Below are positions 46,828-58,989 of a stretch of 64,000 bases of DNA, one piece after another. The stretch is taken from contig JAURQW010000010.1 of assembly GCA_030835925.1 (NCBI GenBank), forward strand, positions 17,867 to 81,866. Direction: 5' to 3'. A program made the translations under genes and the position numbers. Each line of letters opens with the position of its first letter. Positions within the stretch are counted from its first letter, which is position 1. The notes under the pieces were generated by a model. The model saw nothing but the letters and a program-made list of their open reading frames with translations. It ran no database searches and was not told where the DNA came from. Origin of the DNA: Gammaproteobacteria bacterium (GTDB lineage Bacteria; Pseudomonadota; Gammaproteobacteria; GCA-002705445; GCA-002716945).

Positions 46828-48674
46828 TAGTCACTATTGTTTGCTCTATTTTGTGAGGCATTCATAGGCTTTTTATGATTAATGTTTTTACCTTGATAAC
46901 CCTTATTCTTATTAAAAGATTTAAACTTATTATTGTATTTATTATAGCTATTTTTATTATATTTCCTGCGACCATTATACGATCTATGCTTATATATTTT
47001 TTTTGTTTTTATACCAAATAATGATTTAATTTTATTTATCAATCCTCTAAGTAAGCTAACTCTTCTCTTTTGAGGCGTTTTTTTAATAGCAACAGGTTTC
47101 GGAGGAGAGCTTTTTGGTGTAACTGCACTAACAATTGCTTCCTCATAATGCGAACTTGTTTCATTCAATGTTTTTGTATTTTTTTCATTTATTTTATTCA
47201 ATGATGCCTTGAATTCTTCGCTAGTTCTATTTTCTCTATCTATATGATAGTTAGCGCCTTCAATTGTATTATCAGGCACAACCTTGATCGTAACTTTCTG
47301 CCTTGACTCTATCCCTTGTATTAATTCTCTCTTATCATTTAAGAGATACGTAGCAAGTCTTACTGGTAAGTAGACAGTTAGGGGTTTGCTATTTTTCATA
47401 GCTTCTTCCTCTAGCATTCTTACTAAATTTACAGAGAGAGTTGATAGTGATTTGATATGACCTACTCCACCACATGTAGGACATTGTTGATTATTATTAT
47501 CTATGATAGATGATTTTAATTTTTGTCTTGAGATTTCCATCAAACCAAATTTTGATATTCTGCTAAATTGAATTTTAGCTTTATCAATTTTCGCTAGTTC
47601 AGCCATTTTTTTCATGACTGATTTTTGAGAATTAATTGACATCATATCGATAAAGTCAACTACTATGAGGCCACCTATATCTCGTAACTTCAATTGAGTT
47701 GATAGTGAAGCAGCTGCCTCTAGATTTGTGTTTAATGCGGTTTCTTCTATATCACCACCTTTTGTAGATTTAGCTGAATTAACATCTATGCTTGTTAAAG
47801 CCTCTGTCGTATCAAAGACAATATTTCCACCTGATGGTAAAGTAACTTTTTTTCTATATACACTCTGCAGCTGTGTTTCAATTCCAAAGTTACTAAATAT
47901 TGGAACAGGCTTAGTATAATGTTCAACCTTTACTTTTGAGTGAGGTATAAAATGTTCTTTAGCATTCATGAAATCATCATAAAACTTTTTATCATCTATT
48001 ATTACTTCATTGATCGATTCATCTACATAATCTCTTATAACTCTTGCAAGCATGCTGCTTTCTTGATAAATAAGAAAAGGTGCTTTTTTTAGTACTGAAT
48101 TTTCAAGTATTGATTCATATATTTGTATCAAATAATTCATGTCCCATTCAAGCGTCTCTTTGTTTGTATCAAGACCAGAAGTTCTCATGATAATACTCAT
48201 ACCATCGGGTATATTCATATCATTTAATAATTTTTTTGCAGCCATCCTATCGTTCCCTTCTAGTCTTCTTGAGACTCCACCTGTATTGGGATTTTTGGGC
48301 AATAGAACAAGGTATTTTCCTGCTAGGCTCAAATAAGTTGTTAAAGCCGCACCTTTGGTGCCCCTTTCTTCTTTGTCTATCTGGACCACAATCTCTTTAC
48401 CTGACTCAATGCAGTCACGAGATGTTTTTTGTTTACCTGGTGTGAATATATCTTGTGATATCTCTTTAAATGGCAAGAAGCCATGTCTTGACCTACCAAA
48501 ATTTACAAAAGCGGCTTCTAAACTAGGTTCTACTCTAGATATTGTTCCCTTGTATATATTTGATTTGATGTTTTTCGATGGTAAATCTATGTCTAATTCT
48601 GCCAATTTGTTGTCTTCGACTATAGCCAAGCGCAACTCTTCTCTCTGAGAAGCATTTATTAAAATTTGTTTCAT
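46827..48674 (-). CDS. rne: Ribonuclease E (catalytic domain with a short, basic, low-complexity tail)
   Basis: 615 aa. MKQILINAS.REE.R.A....L.ELDI, S1 domain (NIYKG.I.RVEPSLEAAFV.FG), DNase-I-like and Zn-link (CPTCGG) regions. Divergent from rluC as in E. coli. Confidence 0.88.
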   Translation of the reverse strand: MKQILINASQREELRLAIVEDNKLAELDIDLPSKNIKSNIYKGTISRVEPSLEAAFVNFGRSRHGFLPFKEISQDIFTPGKQKTSRDCIESGKEIVVQIDKEERGTKGAALTTYLSLAGKYLVLLPKNPNTGGVSRRLEGNDRMAAKKLLNDMNIPDGMSIIMRTSGLDTNKETLEWDMNYLIQIYESILENSVLKKAPFLIYQESSMLARVIRDYVDESINEVIIDDKKFYDDFMNAKEHFIPHSKVKVEHYTKPVPIFSNFGIETQLQSVYRKKVTLPSGGNIVFDTTEALTSIDVNSAKSTKGGDIEETALNTNLEAAASLSTQLKLRDIGGLIVVDFIDMMSINSQKSVMKKMAELAKIDKAKIQFSRISKFGLMEISRQKLKSSIIDNNNQQCPTCGGVGHIKSLSTLSVNLVRMLEEEAMKNSKPLTVYLPVRLATYLLNDKRELIQGIESRQKVTIKVVPDNTIEGANYHIDRENRTSEEFKASLNKINEKNTKTLNETSSHYEEAIVSAVTPKSSPPKPVAIKKTPQKRRVSLLRGLINKIKSLFGIKTKKIYKHRSYNGRRKYNKNSYNKYNNKFKSFNKNKGYQGKNINHKKPMNASQNRANNSD

Positions 48675-48945
48675 TTGGAATCCTGTAATTCATTTTCTCT
48701 CTTTTCTATATGATTTTTATTATATTTTAAAAGGGTAGGGCTCTAACTTATTTTTAAACTCTATTTCCTACCATTAATAAACATTTTTTCGTTAATTACT
48801 GCTGCTATTTCCTAATATAACTTGTTCAACAGCACTTTTTCTTTATTTTCAATGATTTAGCCTTTAAAATGACTAATTCGTATTAAACAATATAAAAATC
48901 TTTGAATTAATATATCAATGATTTACACTATCTTCAAATAATATC
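48675..48945 (-). promoter_or_regulatory. Long rne 5' leader / divergent rne-rluC promoter region
   Basis: 271-bp non-coding gap, unusually long for this compact window. E. coli rne has a long autoregulatory 5' UTR. I could not identify specific hairpins with confidence. Confidence 0.3.
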
Positions 48946-49878
48946 GTGTCTAATTCAAATAAAATTACTGTTAGGAAAGTCACAATTGGCAAGGATCAAG
49001 AAGGCCAAAGAGTGGACAATTACTTAAGAAAGATGTTGCCTGGAGTCCCAAATAGCCTAATTTATAAAATCATCAGAGACGGACAAGTTAGGGTAAATAG
49101 CGGAAGAATTAAGCCTTTATACAAACTTAAAAATAGGGATATAGTGAGAATTCCACCGGTTTCAATTGATCTAAAACCTCAGTCTTTATCAAAATCACTC
49201 ATTAAAGATATTAAAAAAATTATATTATATGAGAATGACGATTTCATGGTTATTGATAAACCTGCTGGCATAGCTGTTCACTCAGGATCAAAAATTAAAA
49301 ATGATATCATGTCTAGTTTAAGATCAATTGAAAAATACAAATCATTGTCTTTGGTTCATAGGCTTGATCAAAATACGAGCGGGTGCCTAATTTTAGCTAA
49401 GAATTATCAGTCTGCCTCCGGATTAGGAAAAATATTTCAATCAGGAATGGTTGAAAAGAATTATCTGTCACTTTTATCTGGATCACTAAGCGGGGACAAA
49501 GTGGCTGTAGAACAACCAATTATTCGTAATAAAGATAATAGAAGTAATTCTGTTTCAATTTCTAAAGACGGAAAAGATGCGTTTTCATATATTACGTTAA
49601 TTAAACAGTATAAAGAATGCTGTCTTGTAGACATTAAAATAGAAACAGGACGCATGCATCAAATTAGAGTCCATGCTTCAAGCATCAATCAACCAGTGTG
49701 TGGCGATACTAAATATGGAGATGTGGATGTTAATAAAAGAATGAGAGATTATGGTCTAGGGAGAATGTTTCTCCATGCAAAAAAAATTTCTTTTTTTTAC
49801 AATGGAAAGCATACTATTGAGTCTCCAACTCCTGAAGATCTATCATTAGTAATTGATAAACTTAAAAATCAATTATAG
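48946..49878 (+). CDS. rluC: 23S rRNA pseudouridine synthase RluC (RluA family with S4 domain)
   Basis: 310 aa with a GTG start. S4-like N-terminus, the HRLD catalytic motif (LVHRLDQNTSG) and GRMHQIRVH. Confidence 0.82.
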   Translation: MSNSNKITVRKVTIGKDQEGQRVDNYLRKMLPGVPNSLIYKIIRDGQVRVNSGRIKPLYKLKNRDIVRIPPVSIDLKPQSLSKSLIKDIKKIILYENDDFMVIDKPAGIAVHSGSKIKNDIMSSLRSIEKYKSLSLVHRLDQNTSGCLILAKNYQSASGLGKIFQSGMVEKNYLSLLSGSLSGDKVAVEQPIIRNKDNRSNSVSISKDGKDAFSYITLIKQYKECCLVDIKIETGRMHQIRVHASSINQPVCGDTKYGDVDVNKRMRDYGLGRMFLHAKKISFFYNGKHTIESPTPEDLSLVIDKLKNQL

Positions 49879-49911
49879 TATTAATATGTAGATAAATGAG
49901 AGTTTAAAGAA

Positions 49912-50805
49912 ATGAGCGATGATAAGTTACTAAAAAATATAGTTGATTCTCTGATAGAGGAGCGAAAGTCAGATAAAAAATTCAAATTCTTAACAAGATC
50001 TATATTTTTTGTCTTTATACTTTTTTTAGTAGTTTCCATCATACTCTCTTCAACAGATAATATAAATCAAACAAATAAACATGTGGCAGTAGTAGAGGTT
50101 ACTGGAATGATCTCTTCAGCTGGACCAGTGAACCCTGATGTAATTCTTCCACACATACAGAATGCAGTTAAGAATGATAACTGTGTTGGGGTTATCCTCA
50201 AAATTAATAGCCCAGGAGGAAGCGCAACTCAATCAAAGATTATATTTGATGAAATAAAAAAAATTAGGTTAAAAACGGATAAAAAAATATATGCTGTTAT
50301 CGATGATGTAGGAGCTTCCGGTGGTTATTATATTGCAGCGAGTGCTGATCAAATATTTTCAAGCTCTTCAAGTATCGTAGGATCAATTGGAGTAAGATTA
50401 GACAGTTTTAATGTTTCTCGATTAATGGATAAATTGGGTGTTGATTCACAGACACTATCATCTGGTAAAGATAAAACAATGCTTGATCCCTTTTCGCCAT
50501 TAACACCTGAACATCGTATTCATTTGGAAAGACTTTTAAAAAATATTCATAACCAATTTATACAAGATATTGAGTCATCTAGAGGTGACAAAATAACCCA
50601 AGATGTCTTTACAGGTTTATTTTGGACAGGTATAGAGGCTAAAAGAATTGGCCTAATCGATGATTTATTATCTACATATGATGTGAGTGAGAAATTTTTT
50701 AATAACAACCCATTGATTGTTTATAATAAAGAAAAAGATATAGTTAAAGAATTATTAAATTCAACCTTAAACACATCTAATACAATCTTTGGTATTAAAT
50801 ATTAG
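49912..50805 (+). CDS. sppA: Signal peptide peptidase SppA, 36K type (S49 family)
   Basis: 297 aa. N-terminal TM helix, INSPGGS, ASGGYYIA. Confidence 0.8.
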   Translation: MSDDKLLKNIVDSLIEERKSDKKFKFLTRSIFFVFILFLVVSIILSSTDNINQTNKHVAVVEVTGMISSAGPVNPDVILPHIQNAVKNDNCVGVILKINSPGGSATQSKIIFDEIKKIRLKTDKKIYAVIDDVGASGGYYIAASADQIFSSSSSIVGSIGVRLDSFNVSRLMDKLGVDSQTLSSGKDKTMLDPFSPLTPEHRIHLERLLKNIHNQFIQDIESSRGDKITQDVFTGLFWTGIEAKRIGLIDDLLSTYDVSEKFFNNNPLIVYNKEKDIVKELLNSTLNTSNTIFGIKY

Positions 50806-51698
50806 TGATGTTCTATAAAATCTTCTCGAAGATATTGGAAGACAAAACACATTGTATCTCATTAAAGAAAAACCCCAAAAATGATTTACTAGCAGAATTT
50901 ACAATAAAAAGTACAGTAAATACTTATAAGGGTTCATTTGGCAAAACTTTGATTTTAGGGGGATCTGATGGTTATCTTGGTGCTGTGTTGATTTCTGGAA
51001 TTTCGGCGCTAAGATCAGGATCACGATATGTTGAAATATTTTCAACTGAACGCCACCTTTCCTTAATATCTACATATCAACCAGAGTTGATTTCATCATC
51101 AGCTTTTGATGGATTAGAGAAGAAACTTGGATCATATAAAAATTTACTTCTAGGTCCAGGCATGGCGAATGACGAATGGTCAACGAAAATATTTTCATTG
51201 TTTAAAGATTTTATTCTCAATAATGAATTAGATAAAAATATCGTTGTTGACGCAGGGTTTTTGAGTTTACTATCTAATGATCCATTTAAAAATGATAACT
51301 GGATTTTAACTCCACATATTGGAGAAGCAGCCAATCTTTTAAATACAAGCAAAGAAAATATCATAAAGAATAAAATTGATTCCGCAAAACAAATTCAAAA
51401 GATATATGGGGGAATAATTATTATCAAAGGCCATGAGACTATAATTCAGACAGAGACTCAAACATTTATATGTGGACATGGTAATAGTAGTATGGGTACA
51501 GCAGGCATGGGGGATTGTTTGGCTGGGATCATTATATCACTGATATCTTTGGTGAATAAAAAAGATTATAATAATGCTGTATTATATGCAGTAGCTGCCC
51601 ATTCTCTTGCTGCAGATAATGTCTTATCCAGTCAAGGTGGAATTGGAATTTTAGCCAGTGATGTAATAGTTGAAATTAATAAATTATTAAATGATTAA
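50805..51698 (+). CDS. nnrD: ADP-dependent NAD(P)H-hydrate dehydratase (YjeF C-terminal domain only)
   Basis: 297 aa. GKTLILGGSDGYLGA, LTPHIGEA, GMGDCLAG. Upstream of tsaE as in E. coli and Pseudomonas. The N-terminal epimerase domain is absent. Confidence 0.8.
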   Translation: MMFYKIFSKILEDKTHCISLKKNPKNDLLAEFTIKSTVNTYKGSFGKTLILGGSDGYLGAVLISGISALRSGSRYVEIFSTERHLSLISTYQPELISSSAFDGLEKKLGSYKNLLLGPGMANDEWSTKIFSLFKDFILNNELDKNIVVDAGFLSLLSNDPFKNDNWILTPHIGEAANLLNTSKENIIKNKIDSAKQIQKIYGGIIIIKGHETIIQTETQTFICGHGNSSMGTAGMGDCLAGIIISLISLVNKKDYNNAVLYAVAAHSLAADNVLSSQGGIGILASDVIVEINKLLND

Positions 51699-51719
51699 AT
51701 AATACTTTAACAATATACA

Positions 51720-52151
51720 ATGAAAAAAAAATACTATCATATCGATGATGAAAAACTTTATTATAAAATAATTAGTAAATTAAAAATCTCTCAAGAAAAA
51801 TCGATTATCTTTTTAAATGGTGAAGTAGGAGCCGGTAAGACTACTTTTGTGAAATCGTATCTATCATCTTTAGGCGCAGATAATGATGCTACAAGCCCAA
51901 CGTTTACAATAGTAAACGAATACTTAGATATGTCTCAAAAAAAAATTTATCATTATGATTTCTATCGTTTAAAAGATAAAAATGAATTATTTGAGATAGG
52001 TATAGACTATTATCTCGATCAGCCTGGTATTCACTTTATTGAATGGTCTAAAGAGTTTCTAAAATATCTTCCTAAGCCTGATATAAATATTTCATTTCTC
52101 ATTCTTCAAAGCTCAAGATTAATCACGGTTGAAGTTAATAATGAAAAGTAG
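51720..52151 (+). CDS. tsaE: tRNA t6A37 biosynthesis protein TsaE
   Basis: 143 aa. P-loop GEVGAGKTTFVK, SPTFT, HYDFYRL. Confidence 0.88.
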   Translation: MKKKYYHIDDEKLYYKIISKLKISQEKSIIFLNGEVGAGKTTFVKSYLSSLGADNDATSPTFTIVNEYLDMSQKKIYHYDFYRLKDKNELFEIGIDYYLDQPGIHFIEWSKEFLKYLPKPDINISFLILQSSRLITVEVNNEK

Positions 52152-53082
52152 ATTACCGATAATATGTGTAATGGGATGTACCTGCACAGGCAAGACAGAG
52201 TTAGCCATAAGTTTGCAAAAAAGTTTTCCAATTGAGATCATAAGTGTTGATTCAGCTATGATATATGAAGAATTAAATATTGGTACAGATAAACCTTCTA
52301 ATGAAATTCTTAATACCGTTAAACATCATCTTATAAATATCCGCAAACCGAATGAAGATTATAATGTTGGAAACTTTTATAAAGACACGGAGCTCTTAAT
52401 CAAAGATATTCATATGCGTAATAAAATACCTCTGCTCGTAGGTGGTTCCCTGATGTATTTTAATAGTTTATATAAGGGATTATCTGATCTTCCGGATAAA
52501 AATGTTATAGAAAGAGAGTTAATTGACTATTTAGTAAGTAAATATTCATTAAGAGATCTACATTACTGTTTAAAGCACATTGACTTGACATCATACAATA
52601 AAATTAATCGAAATGATTCTCAGAGAATACAAAGAGCAATTGAAGTTTATTTGACAACTGGCAAACCAATTTCTTCATTCTTTGATAACAAAAAAAGCTT
52701 CCTCGATGCTTATGATGTAATAACTATACAAATGCATTCGAAAGAAAGGTTATTTGTTCATGAGAGAATTGAATCAAGAACAAGAGAAATGTTTCAGAAA
52801 GGTTTGATAGAGGAAGTAGAATTTGTTTCTAGAAAATATAATCTTACTCGAAAATCTAAATCCATGAAAATTATAGGCTATAAGCATGTATTAGAGTTCT
52901 TGGAAAATAGTGGAAATTTTGAAGATCTAGTAAATCAGTGTATTTTTGCTACCCGCCAACTTGCTAAGCGACAAATTACCTGGCTCAAACAATTTCCCTC
53001 AGATATTGAGGTTGATATTAAGAATTTTGACCCCAATATTATTTGTAGGCTAGTTGACAGTCATTGCAATTTAAGTAAATAG
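52141..53082 (+). CDS. miaA: tRNA dimethylallyltransferase
   Basis: P-loop GCTCTGKT, ISVDSAMIYEELNIGTDKP, HHLI and GGS.MY motifs. The track ORF opens at TTG 52129; ATG 52141 is preferred. Directly upstream of hfq. Confidence 0.88.
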   Translation: MKSRLPIICVMGCTCTGKTELAISLQKSFPIEIISVDSAMIYEELNIGTDKPSNEILNTVKHHLINIRKPNEDYNVGNFYKDTELLIKDIHMRNKIPLLVGGSLMYFNSLYKGLSDLPDKNVIERELIDYLVSKYSLRDLHYCLKHIDLTSYNKINRNDSQRIQRAIEVYLTTGKPISSFFDNKKSFLDAYDVITIQMHSKERLFVHERIESRTREMFQKGLIEEVEFVSRKYNLTRKSKSMKIIGYKHVLEFLENSGNFEDLVNQCIFATRQLAKRQITWLKQFPSDIEVDIKNFDPNIICRLVDSHCNLSK

Positions 53083-53139
53083 TGTCAATATTAACTATAT
53101 AACTATCAATAAGAGCATTACGTTTAGTAGGGTATTAGT

Positions 53140-53358
53140 ATGCAAGATAATCTTCAAGATAAGTTCCTGAATAAGCTTAGGAAAGACAAGATTCAGGTCT
53201 CGATTTTTCTCATGAATGGTATTAAACTCGATGGTGTTATAGAAGCATTTGACCCATATACTATTATGCTCAAAAATAAAATAACTCAGAGTATATATAA
53301 ACATGCAATTTCAACAATTGTCCCAAGTCAATCTACTAAAATAGAAATTGATGAGTAA
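53140..53358 (+). CDS. hfq: RNA chaperone Hfq
   Basis: 72 aa. LQDKFLN.LRK....V.IFL.NGIKL.G.I..FD...I.L......[10 protein letters not shown]. Confidence 0.95.
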   Translation: MQDNLQDKFLNKLRKDKIQVSIFLMNGIKLDGVIEAFDPYTIMLKNKITQSIYKHAISTIVPSQSTKIEIDE

Positions 53359-53396
53359 AGGTCTTTATATTATGATGTATTCAAAGGAGTATTTAT

Positions 53397-54533
53397 ATGG
53401 CATGGAATGAACCTGGCGGCAACAAAGATCCTTGGAGTCGCAAACCCAAGGGTAACTCAGAAGTAGATAAACTGATTAATGAATTTTCAAAATCATTCAA
53501 AGACCTACTTGGTGGCTCAAGTGGTGGCTCAGGTACAAATAAAAAGAACACATCAATTTTTATAGCTCTAATTGCGGTATTTTATTTATTAAGCGGTATA
53601 TATATCGTGAATGATGGTGAAAGAGGAGTTGTTCTTCAATTTGGTAGTTATCATTCTATGACTTCTCCCGGTCCTCATTGGGTGCCTAGATTAATTCAAA
53701 AAGCAGAAATCGTTGATGTTTCAAAAATAAGATCAAGCCAACAAAAAGCAGTTATGTTAACTGAAGACGAAAATATAGTAAGTGTTAATTTTGCAATCCA
53801 ATACGATGTGAAGGATGCAAGTGATTTTATTTTCAATTTGAGAGATCCAGATGAAACTTTAAGTGCAGCAGGTGAAAGCGCTATCCGAGAAGTGGTTGGC
53901 AAAAATAGCATGGATTTTATAATAACTGAAGGCAGAGAAGAAATCGCTTCTAATACAAAAGACCTGCTTCAAAGATTGCTTGATGAGTATCAGTCGGGTA
54001 TCAATGTACAAACTGTTAATATTCTAGAAGCCCAACCTCCAGAGCAAGTTCAAGATGCATTTTCTGATGCCATAAGAGCCAGAGAGGATGAACAACGATA
54101 TATTAACGAAGCTGAAGCATATAGGAATGAAATTATTCCTCTTGCTCGCGGGGAAGCTGTGCAGATATTGGAAGAAGCAAAAGCATATAAGGTTAAAATT
54201 ATTAAATCTGCTGAGGGTGAGGCGTTAAGATTCTCAAATTTATATGAAGAATATGAAAAAGCTCCTCAGGTTACAAGAGAAAGGCTTTATTTAGAAGCGG
54301 TAGAATCTGTATTAGCCAATACATCAAAAGTTATGGTTGATGTAGAAGGTGGAAACAATCTTTTATATCTACCTCTAGATAAAATAATGGAATCTAGAAC
54401 AAGGAATCTAGATGATTCAAATACTTCACCCAATCAGGATTTGAACAGAGGAACAATTAATTCTTTATCCGAAAAAATTAGGAATAATAGAAATAGTTTT
54501 AATTCAAGAAAGAGAGATTTTTACAGTGAATAA
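53397..54533 (+). CDS. hflK: FtsH modulator HflK (SPFH/band-7)
   Basis: 378 aa. MAWNEPGG..DPW N-terminus, TM helix and SPFH domain. hfq-hflK-hflC order. Confidence 0.9.
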   Translation: MAWNEPGGNKDPWSRKPKGNSEVDKLINEFSKSFKDLLGGSSGGSGTNKKNTSIFIALIAVFYLLSGIYIVNDGERGVVLQFGSYHSMTSPGPHWVPRLIQKAEIVDVSKIRSSQQKAVMLTEDENIVSVNFAIQYDVKDASDFIFNLRDPDETLSAAGESAIREVVGKNSMDFIITEGREEIASNTKDLLQRLLDEYQSGINVQTVNILEAQPPEQVQDAFSDAIRAREDEQRYINEAEAYRNEIIPLARGEAVQILEEAKAYKVKIIKSAEGEALRFSNLYEEYEKAPQVTRERLYLEAVESVLANTSKVMVDVEGGNNLLYLPLDKIMESRTRNLDDSNTSPNQDLNRGTINSLSEKIRNNRNSFNSRKRDFYSE

Positions 54534-55392
54534 TAGAAATATAGTAACAATATTACTGGCAGGCTTAATAATAATATCTTCATCTGTTTTTATTGTCGAT
54601 GAGAGAGAAATCGCCATTAAATTTAGGCTTGGTGAAATTGTGAAAACTTATGATGAGCCTGGAATCTTCTTGATGATTCCTTTTATAAATAACATTAAAA
54701 AATATGATTCACGTCTTCTGACAATGGACTCTAAGCCTGAACAATTTTTGACTAGCGAGAAAAAGAATGTAATCGTAGATTCATATGTTAAATGGAAAAT
54801 CACAGACCCTCAGAATTTCTATAGATCTTCTAAGGGTGATGAAAGAATTGGCATAAATAGATTATCACAAATCATTAATGACCTAACAAAAAGTGAATTT
54901 AGTAAGAGAACTATAAATGATGTGGTCTCGGGTGATAGAGTTGCATTAATGAATACAGTGAGAACAGAGGCAAACAAAGCATCTGCAGCACTTGGAATCT
55001 CGGTCATAGATGTTAGGGTTAAAAAAGTTGATTTACCTGATGAAGTTAGTAATTCCGTTTATGCTCGTATGGTTAAAGAGCGTGCTACAGTTGCTAAGTC
55101 ATTTAGATCCAAAGGTAAAGAAGAAGCTCAAGGTATTACCGCATCTGCTGAAAGAGAGTCAGCTACAATTGTCGCAGAAGCTTACAAGGAAGCTCAAGTT
55201 ATAAAGGGTGAAGGCGACGCAATATCAACTGAAACTTATGCCGCTGCTTATAATGTCAGCCCTGAATTTTATTCGTTTTATAGAAGTCTTTCTGCATATA
55301 AAAACACATTTAATACAAGACAAGATATTCTTCTAATTGATCCGGAGTCGGACTTCTTTAAATATTTCAATAATCCTTTGGGTAAAAAATAA
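54526..55392 (+). CDS. hflC: FtsH modulator HflC (SPFH/band-7)
   Basis: 288 aa with a GTG start overlapping hflK. N-terminal TM helix and SPFH domain. Confidence 0.9.
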   Translation: MNNRNIVTILLAGLIIISSSVFIVDEREIAIKFRLGEIVKTYDEPGIFLMIPFINNIKKYDSRLLTMDSKPEQFLTSEKKNVIVDSYVKWKITDPQNFYRSSKGDERIGINRLSQIINDLTKSEFSKRTINDVVSGDRVALMNTVRTEANKASAALGISVIDVRVKKVDLPDEVSNSVYARMVKERATVAKSFRSKGKEEAQGITASAERESATIVAEAYKEAQVIKGEGDAISTETYAAAYNVSPEFYSFYRSLSAYKNTFNTRQDILLIDPESDFFKYFNNPLGKK

Positions 55393-55583
55393 TTGATATT
55401 TGGCATGTAATACTAATAGCTGTTTGTATTACTATCATCCTAGAAGGCATGATGTTATTCATCACTCCTACATATACAAAAAAAGCGATCCTTTATTTTA
55501 GCGAACTAAGCAATAAGTCTTTGAGAATAATTGGTCTTATCTGTATGATATTGGGGTTAGGTCTTTTTTTATCAATTATTTAG
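55392..55583 (+). CDS. YjeT/DUF2065-like small membrane protein (no canonical start codon found)
   Basis: Not in the ORF track. My translation is (I)DIWHVILIAVCITIILEGMMLFITPTYTKKAILYFSELSNKSLRIIGLICMILGLGLFLSII*. It resembles E. coli YjeT (..LEGLGPMLYP..W...) and occupies the same slot after hflC. The frame opens at 55386, with only ATA/ATT codons available before the first TM helix. Confidence 0.45.
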   Translation: MDIWHVILIAVCITIILEGMMLFITPTYTKKAILYFSELSNKSLRIIGLICMILGLGLFLSII

Positions 55584-55590
55584 GACAATT

Positions 55591-57844
<2,254 letters not shown>

Positions 57845-57852
57845 ATTAAATT

Positions 57853-58602
57853 ATGAAAGAAACATTTCAATATATCTATGGTATTCATACATGTAATGCT
57901 CAGCTTAAACTTGATCCCAATAGTATAACTAAAGTATTTTTTAAAAAGCCTCCTTACAATAATCATCTAAAAACAATTTTTGATAAATGCAAATCTTTGA
58001 GTTTAGATATGATTGAACTTGAAAGGGATCGACTTACTTCGTTATGCTTATCATCAAAACATCAAGGAATTGTGATAGAATTATCGAGTAAGTTATCATC
58101 AGGATTTAATCTTGACTTATATTTACAAACTGAAAAAAATCCATTTATAGTTATCTTTGATTCTCTTCAAGACCCTAGAAATCTTGGTTCTTGTATAAGG
58201 ACATCTAATGCTGCTGGTGCTAGTTTAATTATTAAGAAGAAATCTAATTCCTGTGAGATATCACCGTTGGTCCATAAAACAGCCTCAGGCGGATTACAGG
58301 GATTGTCATTACTTGAAACAAATAATGTTTTATCAGTCATAAAAAAATTAAAAAACAATAATATACGAGTAATTGGTACTTCAGATGCTGTTTCCAAGTC
58401 AATATATGATCTGCAGCATATAATGTCTGGTGTTGCAGTAATTATTGGCGCAGAAGGAGAGGGTGTTAGTAGGTCTTTACTAGAGTCATGCGATGATGTT
58501 TGCTCGATTCCAATATATGGGTCTGTTGAATGCCTAAATGTGGCTGTAGCGACTGGTATTACGCTTTATCAGATCAAAAAACTTATCAAAAAAACTAAAT
58601 GA
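57853..58602 (+). CDS. rlmB: 23S rRNA (guanosine-2'-O)-methyltransferase RlmB (SpoU family)
   Basis: 249 aa. L30e-like N-terminal domain, DPRNLGSCIRT.NAAG, GAEGEG.S, and SLNV(A)VA-like CLNVAVA. Confidence 0.8.
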   Translation: MKETFQYIYGIHTCNAQLKLDPNSITKVFFKKPPYNNHLKTIFDKCKSLSLDMIELERDRLTSLCLSSKHQGIVIELSSKLSSGFNLDLYLQTEKNPFIVIFDSLQDPRNLGSCIRTSNAAGASLIIKKKSNSCEISPLVHKTASGGLQGLSLLETNNVLSVIKKLKNNNIRVIGTSDAVSKSIYDLQHIMSGVAVIIGAEGEGVSRSLLESCDDVCSIPIYGSVECLNVAVATGITLYQIKKLIKKTK

Positions 58603-58654
58603 ATATTTGAAATATACTGGATACTAAAGTAGTATTCGCATATTGGATAAAACT

Positions 58655-58984
58655 ATGAAAAATTACGAATTATTATTAATGTTTAATGTAAACCAAGAAG
58701 AGTCTACTAACAAGACTGTGGATAAGTATAAAGACCTTATCAAATCTAAAGATGGTAGCGTAGATAGATATGAAGATTGGGGAATAATGAAACTAGCTTA
58801 TAATATCAATAAAATTAACAAAGCTAGATATATCCTACTAAATTTTGAGGCTTCAAATGAAGTATTGGCTGAATTAACTAGCTTAATAAAATTCAACGAT
58901 AATATAATTAGACACATGTTCATAGCGCAAGATAAAAAGATTACAGAGCCATCTATAATGATGCAAAACAGAGAAAGAGCGTAA
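58655..58984 (+). CDS. rpsF: 30S ribosomal protein S6
   Basis: [12 protein letters not shown]...EDWG..KLAY.I.K...A.Y.L. The track ORF opens at TTG 58643; ATG 58655 is preferred. Confidence 0.9.
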   Translation: MKNYELLLMFNVNQEESTNKTVDKYKDLIKSKDGSVDRYEDWGIMKLAYNINKINKARYILLNFEASNEVLAELTSLIKFNDNIIRHMFIAQDKKITEPSIMMQNRERA

Positions 58985-58989
58985 ATATT

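Noticed and set aside
46827-47130. K/N/Y-rich repetitive-looking 3' end of rne as a possible tandem repeat or separate element.
   Set aside because: It is in frame with the RNase E catalytic domain and has no exact nucleotide repeat unit. It is compositional low complexity typical of RNase E C-terminal regions in an AT-rich genome.
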